A DNA stretch of 64,000 nt from Promethearchaeota archaeon (GCA_048939995.1 JBHLOY010000008.1:96001-160000), one strand, 5' to 3'. Numbered from the stretch's first letter, positions 21,729-32,583 are shown. Translations and numbers: made by a program. Notes: generated by a model not told the origin, from the letters alone.

Positions 21729-22442
21729 ATGATAAAAGCAATAACTTTTGATCTTTGGAATACTTTGTTCGAAAATAAATCATTCTCGAAAATCAGATTA
21801 GATTTTCTTGAAAATTTCCTACAAAAAAAGAATTATGACTATAACTTCAAAACTATTAAGGATTCCTATGAAAACTCCTTTAAATTTTTAGATTATAAAG
21901 AAAGTGGTTTTGATTTCCATCATATATATATTGAAGAAAGAATCTCAAGTATGGTTAACAAGCTAAAACTTCAAATTTCTGATGCCGAAAAGAAAATTAT
22001 TAAGAAAAATTTGGAGGAGGCTATGTTAAAAGATCCTCCATTATTAAAAAAAAGCGTTAAAAGAACTTTAGAAATTCTTTCAGAAAATTATAAAATTGGT
22101 CTTATTTCAAATACAGGTATTACTCCCGGCTATGTAATAATTGACATTTTTCAAAAATATGATATTCTTAGATATTTTCAAGTTACCATTTTCTCTGATG
22201 AAATCGGCTATTATAAACCACATTCATTATTGTTTGAATATGCTCTTAAGAAGCTCCAAAGTAAACCGGAGCATGCTGTTCATATTGGAGATTTATTACA
22301 TACAGACGTTAAAGGTGCAAAGAGTTATGGGATGCGAGCTATTTGGTTTAACGATACTAATCAAGTAAAAGCACCAGAAATCCAACCGGATTATGAGGTA
22401 AAAGAGATGTTAGAAATAGTAGATATAATTAAAACGTTTTAG
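21729..22442 (+). CDS. HAD-superfamily hydrolase
   Basis: FDLWNTL, ISNT, KP, HIGDLLHTDVKGA. Confidence 0.9.
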   Translation: MIKAITFDLWNTLFENKSFSKIRLDFLENFLQKKNYDYNFKTIKDSYENSFKFLDYKESGFDFHHIYIEERISSMVNKLKLQISDAEKKIIKKNLEEAMLKDPPLLKKSVKRTLEILSENYKIGLISNTGITPGYVIIDIFQKYDILRYFQVTIFSDEIGYYKPHSLLFEYALKKLQSKPEHAVHIGDLLHTDVKGAKSYGMRAIWFNDTNQVKAPEIQPDYEVKEMLEIVDIIKTF

Positions 22443-22451
22443 TGATAATAA

Positions 22452-23477
22452 ATGAAAGTAATTGAAGAGATCAATAGAAGAAGAGAAGTAATTGCCTATA
22501 TCTTGTTAATAATTGCTGGAATAATATGGGGGGGAACATGGCCTCTTGGAAGATGGTTGGTCTTTGAAGGTTTTGGACAAACTATCCCTCCATTGATGAT
22601 TGCAACAATCCGATACATTCTAGCAGTTATTTGCTTTTTTCCTCTGCTTAAGCTTCGGGATGGAACGATAAATTGGCAATTTGCAAGAGCAAATTGGAAA
22701 ATTTTAATGTTTATGGGATTAACCTCCGTTACAATATATCAAATAGGCTATCTCTTTGGTGAAATGTTTACTGCAGCAAGTGATGCAAGTATAGTTGTCG
22801 CTACAAATGCCATCTGGGTGGTAATACTTTCTAGTTTTTTCTTAAAAACAGAATTTTTTAGTTGGAAAAAGCTTTTTGGAACCCTTGTAGCATTCACAGC
22901 TGTAATTATCGTTGTAGGGTTCTCTAAGAATATAGAAGTGTCAAATAGAATCTTTGGAGACCTCTTAATATTAATTGGGGCATTTTCCTATGCAACTTAC
23001 ACTATAACCTCACGTGTTTTTTTAAATAAAACTGCTGGTGTACCTGAATCGTACCAACCAAGCTCTTTATGGATAATAACGTGGGTCTCATTTTTTGGTC
23101 TTTTAACAACCGCTCCAATAGCTTTACTTATTAGCCCTCAATATCTTAACCCAATAGAATATTTTACTATTCCTCCTCGTATATGGTTTGGAATTGCATA
23201 CTTAGCATTTCTATCAACTGTCGGAGCATATACGTTTTATCTAGAAGGAGTCAAACGCTTAAATGCTAGCAGAGCAGCAATATTTCAAACACTTGTACCA
23301 TTATTTGGAGTAGTTTTCTCAGCTATATTTCTACAAGAACCTTTTGATGTTTTCGTTTACCCTTTCGCCTTATCTTTAGTAATTCTAGGCATAACGCTTG
23401 TAAATATTTCCCCAAAAAAAACTCAAAGCTTTGATAAGGTCGAAGAAAAGCCTCCACATTTAAAAAATGAAAATTGA
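22452..23477 (+). CDS. DMT/EamA transporter
   Basis: IIWGGTW, about 10 TM in two EamA repeats. Confidence 0.9.
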   Translation: MKVIEEINRRREVIAYILLIIAGIIWGGTWPLGRWLVFEGFGQTIPPLMIATIRYILAVICFFPLLKLRDGTINWQFARANWKILMFMGLTSVTIYQIGYLFGEMFTAASDASIVVATNAIWVVILSSFFLKTEFFSWKKLFGTLVAFTAVIIVVGFSKNIEVSNRIFGDLLILIGAFSYATYTITSRVFLNKTAGVPESYQPSSLWIITWVSFFGLLTTAPIALLISPQYLNPIEYFTIPPRIWFGIAYLAFLSTVGAYTFYLEGVKRLNASRAAIFQTLVPLFGVVFSAIFLQEPFDVFVYPFALSLVILGITLVNISPKKTQSFDKVEEKPPHLKNEN

Positions 23478-23530
23478 AAGTCGGTTGTAAATTAATTTAT
23501 TCAAAATAACAAGATTAAAAAAAAGTTAAA

Positions 23531-25657
23531 TTATAATTTTCTTTTCTTTTTACGCCAAATTAACACTAGGGTTGTTATGGCTATAACCGCTCCGACACTA
23601 ATAGTAGAGATCACAATAATGAGTTCAATAGGAATATCTTCATTTTTGGGAATAACCTCAACATTAACAATATCATATGCTAATTTATATGTATTTGAAA
23701 CGTAGATCTCATATTTATATGTACCAACAGAAAGATCATCTAAATCAACAATTATGGGAACATTATTTTGCCAAGTACCTGTTTCATTAGGAGGAGGAGG
23801 AACAAGTAAATATGCTCGATTAATATAGATATCATATGATGGATTTGCAAGCTCTTCAGCAGTTATTATCCAAGTTATATTATTTCCCGTAGAACCCTTT
23901 ATAAATGACATATCTCCTGAACTAATAATATTTATACTATATGAGTCCTTCCATTTATAATAGTAGAAATAAGTCCTTTGTAAGACATTTTGATTAAAAC
24001 CAGTGAGATCAATGTGATGAGCGTCATACATCTTGCTGACATCAAGCCAAGCCATTGGTATAAGTTCTTCAACAAGATATCTTTGAATTTCATTATAAAT
24101 TCCATTCCTTAGAATTGGATCAACTTCTTCTGTCCCTAATTCGATGAGATTTTGAAGATAAGAATCACTGCTAAATCCAAACATCCAACGAAATATTGAA
24201 GAATTTGAGAACATTGAGTTAATATAATTGGAAGGATCATTATAATCAGCAAGCCAACCCCCGACCCAGGTATCAATCCAATTAGAATCTATTTGCATAC
24301 TATCCACCCATGTAATCCAATCTGTTTCTCTCTTACTAAGATTAACGCCTATCGTTCTGAAAGTCCTATTTAGTGAAGTAAAGAGATCCTTATGAAATTG
24401 ATTTGTATTTAATACCCACATTGAAAAATTGAGTTTTCCAGTATCTGCTAAGGCATCCCAATTTGAATCATCTGGTCCTGGATAGCTTGGATTTAGACTA
24501 CTCCCATGTCCTATACTCTGGATAATTTCTCTTGCTTTAGTTATATTAAAGTAAGGATAATTTAAAGTTGCATTAGAATATAAAATCCCTGGAGGAATAG
24601 GAGATTTTAATCTAATTGAAGTCCCTTCATGTAATTCATCAATAATGTCTGTATAATTTACAGCATAAGAAAAAGCTTCACGAAGTGTTTCATTTAATGT
24701 GTTGTAATTAAACACTAAATATCTTGCTAGACTATTTGTTTTTCCATCATCAACGACTACTAAATCTGAATCAGCTTTAAACATATCAATATATGCTGGA
24801 AGGGGGGGATCTATAAAATCAATATTATGCGCCAACATTGCCATATTCAAAGTTATAGGATCAGAAAAGTATGCGAATACCATCCGTTCAATATTGGCTT
24901 TTTCTCTCCAATAACTTTCAAATGCATGAAATCTAGCCTCTAATCCCGAAACATAATATTCAAAAACATAAGGACCAGTACCAATAATTTGATCTGTTCC
25001 TAAATTTAACTTATTAAAAAATGGTGTCGAGTTCATGGACAGCATAGCAAAAGCTGAATGTGTCAATAAGTTAAACACACCAGCATTAGGTTTGGTTAAC
25101 ACTAATTTAATTGCATACTCATTAACAATTTCAACTTTATTGAAGATTGGTGTTATTCCATCTTCCCAATAACCTAGGTAAGTTGCATATCCCAGAATCT
25201 CATAAGAAGGTAATAATCCAGAAATGTTCCACCAATAACTCATTCTATCAAAATTCCACTTTACTACTGTTGAATTGAACTCAGATCCATCATGAAAAGT
25301 GACTCCCTGCCGTAAATATAAAGTAATATTAAGTTCTTCAACTGGCTCTAAATCATAGCCTGTCGCCAATAGCGATAATAATGGCAATGATGGATCAGAA
25401 TAGTTATAAGTGAATAATGTCTCAACTACTTGGTCTATAATGATACTTGAACTACGGTCTGTGCAATCAACAGGATCTAAACTGTTTGGAGCTGAAGATG
25501 AGCCGTACAAAAATGTGTTATCAATGGGAGGAAGATTACTTTTTAAAATTTTATTGAATTCACTTTCTGATTTACTATCTGCTATTCTTATCGTACTATT
25601 AAAGGTAGAGATTAAAAGAAATAAAAATATTACATATAGAATTGCCCTTTTTCTCAT
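23531..25657 (-). CDS. Peptide/nickel ABC substrate-binding protein (family 5) with C-terminal beta domain and TM anchor
   Basis: Signal peptide, SLDP, LRQGVTFHDGSEF, GTGPY, WLADYNDP, C-terminal TM followed by KKKRKL. Confidence 0.9.
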   Translation of the reverse strand: MRKRAILYVIFLFLLISTFNSTIRIADSKSESEFNKILKSNLPPIDNTFLYGSSSAPNSLDPVDCTDRSSSIIIDQVVETLFTYNYSDPSLPLLSLLATGYDLEPVEELNITLYLRQGVTFHDGSEFNSTVVKWNFDRMSYWWNISGLLPSYEILGYATYLGYWEDGITPIFNKVEIVNEYAIKLVLTKPNAGVFNLLTHSAFAMLSMNSTPFFNKLNLGTDQIIGTGPYVFEYYVSGLEARFHAFESYWREKANIERMVFAYFSDPITLNMAMLAHNIDFIDPPLPAYIDMFKADSDLVVVDDGKTNSLARYLVFNYNTLNETLREAFSYAVNYTDIIDELHEGTSIRLKSPIPPGILYSNATLNYPYFNITKAREIIQSIGHGSSLNPSYPGPDDSNWDALADTGKLNFSMWVLNTNQFHKDLFTSLNRTFRTIGVNLSKRETDWITWVDSMQIDSNWIDTWVGGWLADYNDPSNYINSMFSNSSIFRWMFGFSSDSYLQNLIELGTEEVDPILRNGIYNEIQRYLVEELIPMAWLDVSKMYDAHHIDLTGFNQNVLQRTYFYYYKWKDSYSINIISSGDMSFIKGSTGNNITWIITAEELANPSYDIYINRAYLLVPPPPNETGTWQNNVPIIVDLDDLSVGTYKYEIYVSNTYKLAYDIVNVEVIPKNEDIPIELIIVISTISVGAVIAITTLVLIWRKKKRKL

Positions 25658-25932
25658 TATAATCCTCTTAATTATTTCATTTTAGATTACGTATATGCAC
25701 GAGATATAAAAAACTTAGATAAACGGCTATATAACGATATTGCTTATACATTTTTGTAAATGGCTCAGTAATGATTAGATTCACCCTTGTATTTATATCC
25801 TAAGAGAAAAAATTCCAATTAATGTTAAAAAAAGAAGTTAATTTATAATATTGGTTTTATAGTATAACGTCAATTTTTAAATTAGACTCTGAAATATCTT
25901 AATAAAGATTCTTAAAATATGAGGTTTATATT

Positions 25933-26253
25933 ATGAGTTTAGATTTCAACTTCTACTTAAACTTAATTTGCTCTATTGGAGGCATCATCTTTTTTATATA
26001 CAGCCTATACTTAATTAGGAAAATTAAAAAGTTATTTCCAGGAGGTAAAGTCACTAAAAAATGGCTTCTCAGGCAGAGTTTAATTATTATATTTCTGGCA
26101 GGCTACATTCTAAACATTATATTTCTTTTGTATGATTTAGTTGATTTAGTCGCTATTATGACAGCTTTAGTTTATTTCTTTGGTGGATTATTTGTTTTTA
26201 TTATCATTAAATTAGTTCATAAAACTTATAAAACCATACTTTTATCGAAATAA
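25933..26253 (+). CDS. Small 3-TM membrane protein
   Basis: Three hydrophobic segments; GAGG SD. Confidence 0.7.
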   Translation: MSLDFNFYLNLICSIGGIIFFIYSLYLIRKIKKLFPGGKVTKKWLLRQSLIIIFLAGYILNIIFLLYDLVDLVAIMTALVYFFGGLFVFIIIKLVHKTYKTILLSK

Positions 26254-26408
26254 TAGAAGAACTTTGGATTTTGTCCATAGAAGGCTCTGATTAACCTATT
26301 TAACTGGAATAACTCCATATCTTATAATAGTTTTAATCAGAGTAACTATAATAATTTATAGTAAGTTTGCAACAAGTAGAAAGGACTAATAAGCTAGCAG
26401 TTGATTAA

Positions 26409-26888
26409 TTATGATTTAGGGATAATAATGGAATGATCTTCCTTTATCCTGTCTAAAACGAGCTGGGTTTTTATTTCTTCTACTTCTGGAAGATTACGGA
26501 GATTCTCAATCAGTTTCATAGAATCTTCATGATCAAGACATTTAGCCATTATAAAGATTGGATAATCTCCTGTGATAACATAGGCGTATTTAATTTTATC
26601 CATCCGTTCAATTTCCTCTTTAATTTGCTGAAGTGGTTTCCTTGAATTCACTCGAAGGGACGCAATTACCATCTCCCGATAGTTTAATTTTCGGCAGTCT
26701 ATAATCGCCATGTACTTTTTAATAAAAGTCTCTTCTAATTTCTGAATACGAGCCCTTATTGCCGTCTGGCTCATATTAGTCTGTTCTGCAATTTCTCGAA
26801 TTGTTATTTTACCATCTTCTTGTAATAACTCTAAAATTTGTTTATCAATCGCATCAAGCGTTCCAGGGGTAGAATTTGCTATTACCAT
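26409..26888 (-). CDS. Lrp/AsnC transcriptional regulator
   Basis: LDAIDKQILELLQEDGK, HTH, ITGDY. Confidence 0.92.
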   Translation of the reverse strand: MVIANSTPGTLDAIDKQILELLQEDGKITIREIAEQTNMSQTAIRARIQKLEETFIKKYMAIIDCRKLNYREMVIASLRVNSRKPLQQIKEEIERMDKIKYAYVITGDYPIFIMAKCLDHEDSMKLIENLRNLPEVEEIKTQLVLDRIKEDHSIIIPKS

Positions 26889-27147
26889 TTAAAAACTCCT
26901 TTTTGAAAAAATTATAATTTATTATAGATCATTAATTATTAATTGCCTTTTATACTTATATTTTTTTTCACTAAGAATCAACTAATAAAAGTTTTATTTC
27001 ACTAATAATGCTTTCGATTGTAAATTATTTAGCTATGATTTAAATATGAGAAAGTATTTTTATCCATAAAGTAATTCACATTTAAATTATTGTGATTGAA
27101 AAAGTTGAAAAAACAGATAAAATAACTAAAAAAGGTGGAAATTTTAA

Positions 27148-27372
27148 ATGTCGGATTTAACACTTGATTGTTTAGGAAAGAAATGTCCAATGCCAGTTTT
27201 AATGACCAAAAAAGAATTGAAGAAGTTGAGTCCAGGTCAGACACTTGAGTTGGTAGTTGATGATAAGGGAGCATTAAAGGATGTACCTGCATTATTGACT
27301 AAAACTGGTGATGAATTGCTTGAAACAAGAGAAGATAATGGTAGAATTACATTCGTGATTAAGAAAGCCTAG
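27148..27372 (+). CDS. tusA: TusA-family sulfur carrier (copy 1)
   Basis: LDCLGKKCPMP, GQTLELVVDD. Confidence 0.93.
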   Translation: MSDLTLDCLGKKCPMPVLMTKKELKKLSPGQTLELVVDDKGALKDVPALLTKTGDELLETREDNGRITFVIKKA

Positions 27373-27384
27373 AAAAAGGAGAAC

Positions 27385-27759
27385 ATGAGAATGTCAACAT
27401 ATACTTTCATGATATCTACTGAGCCGTATAAGTTCGAAGCAGTTGATACTTTGCTTAATTTATGTAGAGCAGTGTTACAAAAAGGACATAATATTAAGGG
27501 AATATTTTTTTACGGAAGCGGTGTCTATAATATTAAAAAAGATATTGAAACTGGTATTACTGTTCGTAATTTACCAGCACGTTTGGAAGAATTTATTAAG
27601 GAGAATCAGATTCCAGTCGCTGGGTGTACAACATGGATTGGACTTTGTGGATTAAATGAGCATTGTTTTATTGATGGTGCAAAAGAAGAAGGATTGGGTG
27701 AATTGTCCAATTGGACAGCAGAATCAGATAAACTAATAATGTTTGGAACAGGGGGATAA
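27385..27759 (+). CDS. dsrE: DsrE/TusD-like sulfurtransferase (copy 1)
   Basis: EPY, IFFYGSGVYN, conserved Cys in AGCTTW, GLGEL. Confidence 0.85.
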   Translation: MRMSTYTFMISTEPYKFEAVDTLLNLCRAVLQKGHNIKGIFFYGSGVYNIKKDIETGITVRNLPARLEEFIKENQIPVAGCTTWIGLCGLNEHCFIDGAKEEGLGELSNWTAESDKLIMFGTGG

Positions 27760-27764
27760 GGAAA

Positions 27765-28133
27765 ATGATCAAATCGGTTGTAATAGTAAGTGACCAATCT
27801 CCAGTCGGAAAAAACTCTGCCATTGAAGCTTTAAGGCTAGGGTCAGGATTTAGGGGATTAGGGGAGGAGATTGACTGCCAGGTGGTACTTATGGGTGATG
27901 CGGTTTACTTATTGAGTAAACACGCAGATCCCTCTAAAATTGGAGTTGATTCTTTTGATGAACCAATGGAAATGGCGGAATTGTCTGATTTAGAAATATC
28001 AGTACTTGACAGCGCTATAAGTGATGCTGGATTAACAAAAGAAGATCTTGTGGAATTTGAGGGTTTAAAGATAATCGATCTCAAAACTCTTGCAGAAATA
28101 ATCGAAAATGCCGATACTACATTTAGATTCTAA
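27765..28133 (+). CDS. dsrF: DsrF/TusC-like protein (copy 1)
   Basis: SPVGKNSAIEALRL, LMGDAVYLL; lies between dsrE and dsrH. Confidence 0.82.
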   Translation: MIKSVVIVSDQSPVGKNSAIEALRLGSGFRGLGEEIDCQVVLMGDAVYLLSKHADPSKIGVDSFDEPMEMAELSDLEISVLDSAISDAGLTKEDLVEFEGLKIIDLKTLAEIIENADTTFRF

Positions 28134-28147
28134 GGTGGTGAATAAAA

Positions 28148-28489
28148 GTGGAAAAAGTTATTGATATGGTATATCTTTTTGGATTTAGTCCTAGATTTGG
28201 GAATGAATTAAACCGATTAGTACCAATTCTAAAAAGCCAGATAGAAAAAGGAAAGAAAATAAGCATAGTGTTCATTCATGATGGCGTTATTGGTACTAGT
28301 TCAAAAGGAAAAATTACAGAATCAGTGAATATACTTAGAGGGTTAATGCTTAAGAAATATGTTATGACTCCTGACTTAGCCGCAAGAGGAATTCCATTAG
28401 AGCATATTCAAGAAGATTTACAGCCCATAGATTATATGGAGCTTGTTGATATAATGGAGAATAGTAATAAAATTATCTCATGGATGTAA
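28148..28489 (+). CDS. dsrH: DsrH/TusB-like protein (copy 1)
   Basis: FIHDGV, DLAARGI, DYMELVD, IISW. Confidence 0.88.
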   Translation: MEKVIDMVYLFGFSPRFGNELNRLVPILKSQIEKGKKISIVFIHDGVIGTSSKGKITESVNILRGLMLKKYVMTPDLAARGIPLEHIQEDLQPIDYMELVDIMENSNKIISWM

Positions 28490-28616
28490 TTTAAGAAAAA
28501 ATAGATAAAGTAAATTCAAAAATATTTTTTAAAACAAATAAATCATGGTTAACAAATAGTTAACTCACATAATTAACAAAATCAAAACAAACAAATTTAA
28601 AAAAAAGGTGTAAATT

Positions 28617-29033
28617 TTGGTAGAAAAAATGAACTTTATTGTAAAAGACAAATCTTTTGAAAAGTTTATGATGATGACAATCTTGGGAACCACTGGAAGT
28701 GCAATGGATGTGGAAATGAATTTCTTTTTCACTTTCTGGGGATTAAACCTTTTAAAGAAGAAGTTTAAGCCCAAAGTAGCCGGAATGCCAACACCTATGA
28801 AAGGTATGGCAGCTGGAATGTTCAGGAAACGATTAAAGAAATTTGGTATGGAAGATCCATGGGCCTTGATCAAAGAAGCTATTGACGAGGGAAAAATGAA
28901 ACTATATCCATGTCAAATGACAATGGATTTAATGAACATTAAAAGAGAAGAAATGTGGGATTTTGTAGAAGATCCTATCGGTGCAGCTGGTTTCATAGAA
29001 ATGGCTGATGGTGGCCAAGTAGTCTCATTATAA
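28617..29033 (+). CDS. DsrE2/DrsE-type sulfur-transfer protein
   Basis: FFTFWGLNLL, YPCQMTMDLM, GAAGF. Confidence 0.88.
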   Translation: MVEKMNFIVKDKSFEKFMMMTILGTTGSAMDVEMNFFFTFWGLNLLKKKFKPKVAGMPTPMKGMAAGMFRKRLKKFGMEDPWALIKEAIDEGKMKLYPCQMTMDLMNIKREEMWDFVEDPIGAAGFIEMADGGQVVSL

Positions 29034-29036
29034 AAA

Positions 29037-29047
29037 TTTTTTTTTTT
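29037..29047 (+). terminator. T11 tract after the dsrE2-like gene (possible internal terminator)
   Basis: Oligo-T just after the stop, typical of archaeal terminators. Confidence 0.35.
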
Positions 29048-29073
29048 ATTTTATATTTAAAGAGGATGATAAA

Positions 29074-29634
29074 ATGTCTGATGTGGAAGAAGAACAACAT
29101 CGGGAATTTATGATTGATGAGGATTTTGACTCAGAGTTTTTTAGAAATATTGAACGTAGATCAAATATATTAAAATGTATCCAATGCGGCACTTGTACTG
29201 CCAGTTGTGAAAGCGGAAGATGGACCGCATTAAAAACACGTTCAATTATCAGGAAAGTTGTGCTAGGAGATTTATCGGTATTAAAGGATCCTGATATTTG
29301 GTTATGCACAACATGTTATCAGTGTTATGAACGATGCCCACGAGATGTAAGGCCTACAGATGTAATTATGGAATTACGAAATTATGCTACTAAGTTAGGA
29401 AACATTTCTCCTAATCATAGAGCGGTTGTTGGATACTTGAAACAATTTGGGCATGCAGTACCCATAAATGATGAGATAAGGAAGCGAAGAGTTGAATTAG
29501 GTTTAGAAGAATTACCTCCTACTGCATTCAAGTTTAAGCAAGAGGGGGATGATAAAGATTTAAAAAATATTGAAGAAAAAATGTTTGATTTACCTCCTGT
29601 TAAGGAGGAAAAAAAGAAAAAAGAGGAGGCATAA
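29074..29634 (+). CDS. hdrC: Heterodisulfide reductase subunit C
   Basis: CIQCGTCTASC, IWLCTTCYQCYERCPR, GHAVP. Confidence 0.95.
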   Translation: MSDVEEEQHREFMIDEDFDSEFFRNIERRSNILKCIQCGTCTASCESGRWTALKTRSIIRKVVLGDLSVLKDPDIWLCTTCYQCYERCPRDVRPTDVIMELRNYATKLGNISPNHRAVVGYLKQFGHAVPINDEIRKRRVELGLEELPPTAFKFKQEGDDKDLKNIEEKMFDLPPVKEEKKKKEEA

Positions 29635-29637
29635 AAA

Positions 29638-30552
29638 GTGGTAAAAGAAAAAACTTTTGCGTTTTTCCTTGGTTGTATCATGCCCAACCGTTATCCTGCG
29701 ATTGAAAAGTCAACCAAATTTGTTATGGAAAAGTTAGGATACGAGATTTTAGACATGGAAAGAGCAACATGTTGTCCTGCACCTGGTGTATTTCGCTCAT
29801 TTAACAAATTTGATTGGATGGTTGCAGCAGCTAGAAATCTTTGTATCGCTGAAAAAATGGATGCTGATATTTTAACAGTATGTAATGGTTGTTTTGGTAC
29901 ACTTCAAGAAGTAAATAAACATCTTAAAGAAAATGAAGATCATAGAGATAAGGTAAATGAGAAGTTGAAAGAAATTGGAGATTATCAGTTTCAAGGAAAA
30001 ATCAACGTCCGACATGTAGCAGAAGTTCTGGGATATGAGGTTGGACCTTGGGGGATTGAAGATTATATTGTAAGGAAACTGAATGCTAAGGCGGCTGTTC
30101 ATTATGGATGCCACTTTTTGAAACCAACAAGGATTCGAGAAATTGAAAGTTCTGAAGGACCAACAATTATCGAAGAATTCGTGGAAGTCTTAGGAATACA
30201 ATCAGTTAGATTTAAAGAACAACTAACGTGCTGTGGCGCAGGAGGAGGTGTAAAAGCATATTCAGGTGATGCAAGTATGACAATTTTTGCGGAAAAAATG
30301 AAGAATATTGATGAAGTGAAGCCAGATTTTATATTAGATATATGTCCCTTCTGTCATTTACAGTTCGAATCGGGACAGGATTACTTAAACAAAAACAAGG
30401 CATGTAATTATGATTACCCTGTAATCCACCTTTCTCAATTAGTTGCATATTGTATGGGCATGGATCAAGAATTTGTGGGTTTACAATACCAATTAATGGG
30501 TCGGGATTATATTTTTGGGGAAGTTGAAGCGAAAAGAGAGGAGGTAGCGTAA
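29638..30552 (+). CDS. hdrB: Heterodisulfide reductase subunit B
   Basis: FLGC, CCPAPG, CNGC, HYGCH, CCGAGGG, CPFCHLQF. Confidence 0.96.
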   Translation: MVKEKTFAFFLGCIMPNRYPAIEKSTKFVMEKLGYEILDMERATCCPAPGVFRSFNKFDWMVAAARNLCIAEKMDADILTVCNGCFGTLQEVNKHLKENEDHRDKVNEKLKEIGDYQFQGKINVRHVAEVLGYEVGPWGIEDYIVRKLNAKAAVHYGCHFLKPTRIREIESSEGPTIIEEFVEVLGIQSVRFKEQLTCCGAGGGVKAYSGDASMTIFAEKMKNIDEVKPDFILDICPFCHLQFESGQDYLNKNKACNYDYPVIHLSQLVAYCMGMDQEFVGLQYQLMGRDYIFGEVEAKREEVA

Positions 30553-32583
30553 ATGACTGTCAAAGAAGAAAAAGTAAAAGAGACAAATGACACTCAAGAG
30601 TCATTAGAGCATGAGGAGAGTGAACCTAGAATTGGAGTGTTTGTTTGTCACTGTGGGCATAATATAGCTGGTACTGTTGATGTTGCTGAAGTTGCAGAAT
30701 ATGCAAAAAGTTTACCGAATGTAGTGAAAGCAGAACATTATATGTTTATGTGTAGTAAACCAGGCGTCCAAATGGTTAAGGATTCAATTAAAGAATTAGG
30801 AGTAGATAGAACTGTGGTTGCCTCATGTTCAAAAAATCAACACGGAAGAACCTTTGCTAATGCCATCCAAGAGATGGGTTTAAACAAGCATCGTCATCAA
30901 CAAGTAAATATTAGAGAATTTGATAGTTGGGTGCATCAAAAAGAAAAGGATAAAGCAACTAAAAAAGCAGAAAGATTAATTGAAGCAGGGGTCAATAGAG
31001 CACGTAAATTAGAAGATGTAGAAACTCGGAGAATTCCTACAACCAAAGCTGCATTAGTTATTGGTGCAGGTATTGCCGGTCTTCGAGCAGCCCACGATCT
31101 AGCAGAATTAGGGATTCCAGTTTATCTGGTTGAGCGAGAATCAACTATAGGAGGACATATGACCCAATTAAACAAGACCTTTCCAACCTTAGAATGTCCC
31201 CAGTGTTCCATATCTCCACTTACTAATGGAGTTGCGAATCATCCATTAATCGAACTTTATACAAATGCTCAAATTAAAGAAGTAGAAGGTTCAATGGGTA
31301 ATTTTGAAGTGGAAATTGAAATCAAACCACGATATGTTAAAGATAATTGTACTTCGTGCGGGGAATGTGCAATTCATTGCCCTGTAGAAGTTCCCAGTGA
31401 ATGGGATAAAGGCATGTCTATAAGAAAGGCTATTTATAAAGCATATCCTCAAGCTATCCCAGCCACATATGTGAGAGACAAGAAAAATTGTATCGAGTGT
31501 AATACATGTATTAATGTTTGTCCAGTTCAAGCTGTTGATTTTTCAATGGAACCAGAAACAAAAAGATTTAAAATAGGCTCTATAGTTGTAGCTACTGGGT
31601 ATGATGAATACGATCCTTCCGAAATTGAAGCTTATCATTATAAACAAGAGGGTTATGAAAATGTTATAACCCAACTGCAGGTAGAACGGATGCTTGCTCC
31701 TGGCTCTTTAACTAACAGTCAAGTACTAAGACCTTCTGACGCTAAAATCCCAAAAAATGTAGTGATGATTCAATGCGTTGGAAGTAGAAATGATCAGGTA
31801 GGGAATATATATTGCACAGGAGTTTGTTGTAAATTTGCGATTAAAAATGCTCGAATTATTAAGGAAATGTATCCTAATTCTAATGTTACCATATGTTATA
31901 TAGATGTAAGAACTCCTGGGTTAAATTTTGAGGAATTATATAAATCCTCCCAGGAAGTGGGAGTACGATTCATAAGGGGAAGACCTTCTGAAATTCTTCG
32001 AGATCCTATTTCTGGAGAATTAAGGGTAATAGTTGAAGATACATTAAGTCAAACACCATTGAAGTTAAAAGCAGATTTAGTAGTATTATCTGCAGCCATG
32101 GTTCCACCAGAAGGAATCGGTCCTTTAGGTTCAAAATTGCATGTTCTTCGATCTAAAGAAGGGTTTTTAAAAGAATTTCATATTAAGATGAATCCCACCT
32201 TAAGCAGTAAAGGTGGTATTTTTTTAGCTGGAGCAATTCAAGGTCCAAAAGACATTTCAGAGTCTGTAGCTCATGCTGGAAATGCTGCTGCATTAGCAGC
32301 TGCTCCCTTAGTAAAAGGATATATTGAAAAAGAAATGTTAATCCCATCCATAGATTTAGACTTATGTGTTAAATGCGGGCTTTGTAAAACTGTATGTGCT
32401 CCTGCTGCGATTGATATAAATGAGGATGGAATCCCTAAGATTAATGAGATAGCATGTAAATCATGTGGTATGTGTATGCCTGCATGTCCAACAGGGGCTA
32501 TTCAATTGTTAAATTTTAGTGATGAGCAACTATTAGATGAAATTGTTGCTGTATCTGGAGGTGTTATATGCGAAAATGAGTGA
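30553..32583 (+). CDS. hdrA: Heterodisulfide reductase subunit A
   Basis: VCHCGHNI, IGAGIAG, KTFPTLECPQC, inserted and C-terminal ferredoxins, QCVGSR, CTGVCC. Confidence 0.96.
   Translation: MTVKEEKVKETNDTQESLEHEESEPRIGVFVCHCGHNIAGTVDVAEVAEYAKSLPNVVKAEHYMFMCSKPGVQMVKDSIKELGVDRTVVASCSKNQHGRTFANAIQEMGLNKHRHQQVNIREFDSWVHQKEKDKATKKAERLIEAGVNRARKLEDVETRRIPTTKAALVIGAGIAGLRAAHDLAELGIPVYLVERESTIGGHMTQLNKTFPTLECPQCSISPLTNGVANHPLIELYTNAQIKEVEGSMGNFEVEIEIKPRYVKDNCTSCGECAIHCPVEVPSEWDKGMSIRKAIYKAYPQAIPATYVRDKKNCIECNTCINVCPVQAVDFSMEPETKRFKIGSIVVATGYDEYDPSEIEAYHYKQEGYENVITQLQVERMLAPGSLTNSQVLRPSDAKIPKNVVMIQCVGSRNDQVGNIYCTGVCCKFAIKNARIIKEMYPNSNVTICYIDVRTPGLNFEELYKSSQEVGVRFIRGRPSEILRDPISGELRVIVEDTLSQTPLKLKADLVVLSAAMVPPEGIGPLGSKLHVLRSKEGFLKEFHIKMNPTLSSKGGIFLAGAIQGPKDISESVAHAGNAAALAAAPLVKGYIEKEMLIPSIDLDLCVKCGLCKTVCAPAAIDINEDGIPKINEIACKSCGMCMPACPTGAIQLLNFSDEQLLDEIVAVSGGVICENE

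Noticed and set aside
32537-32575. Track start for mvhD
   Set aside because: Lies well inside hdrA and adds non-homologous residues; ATG 32576 fits better
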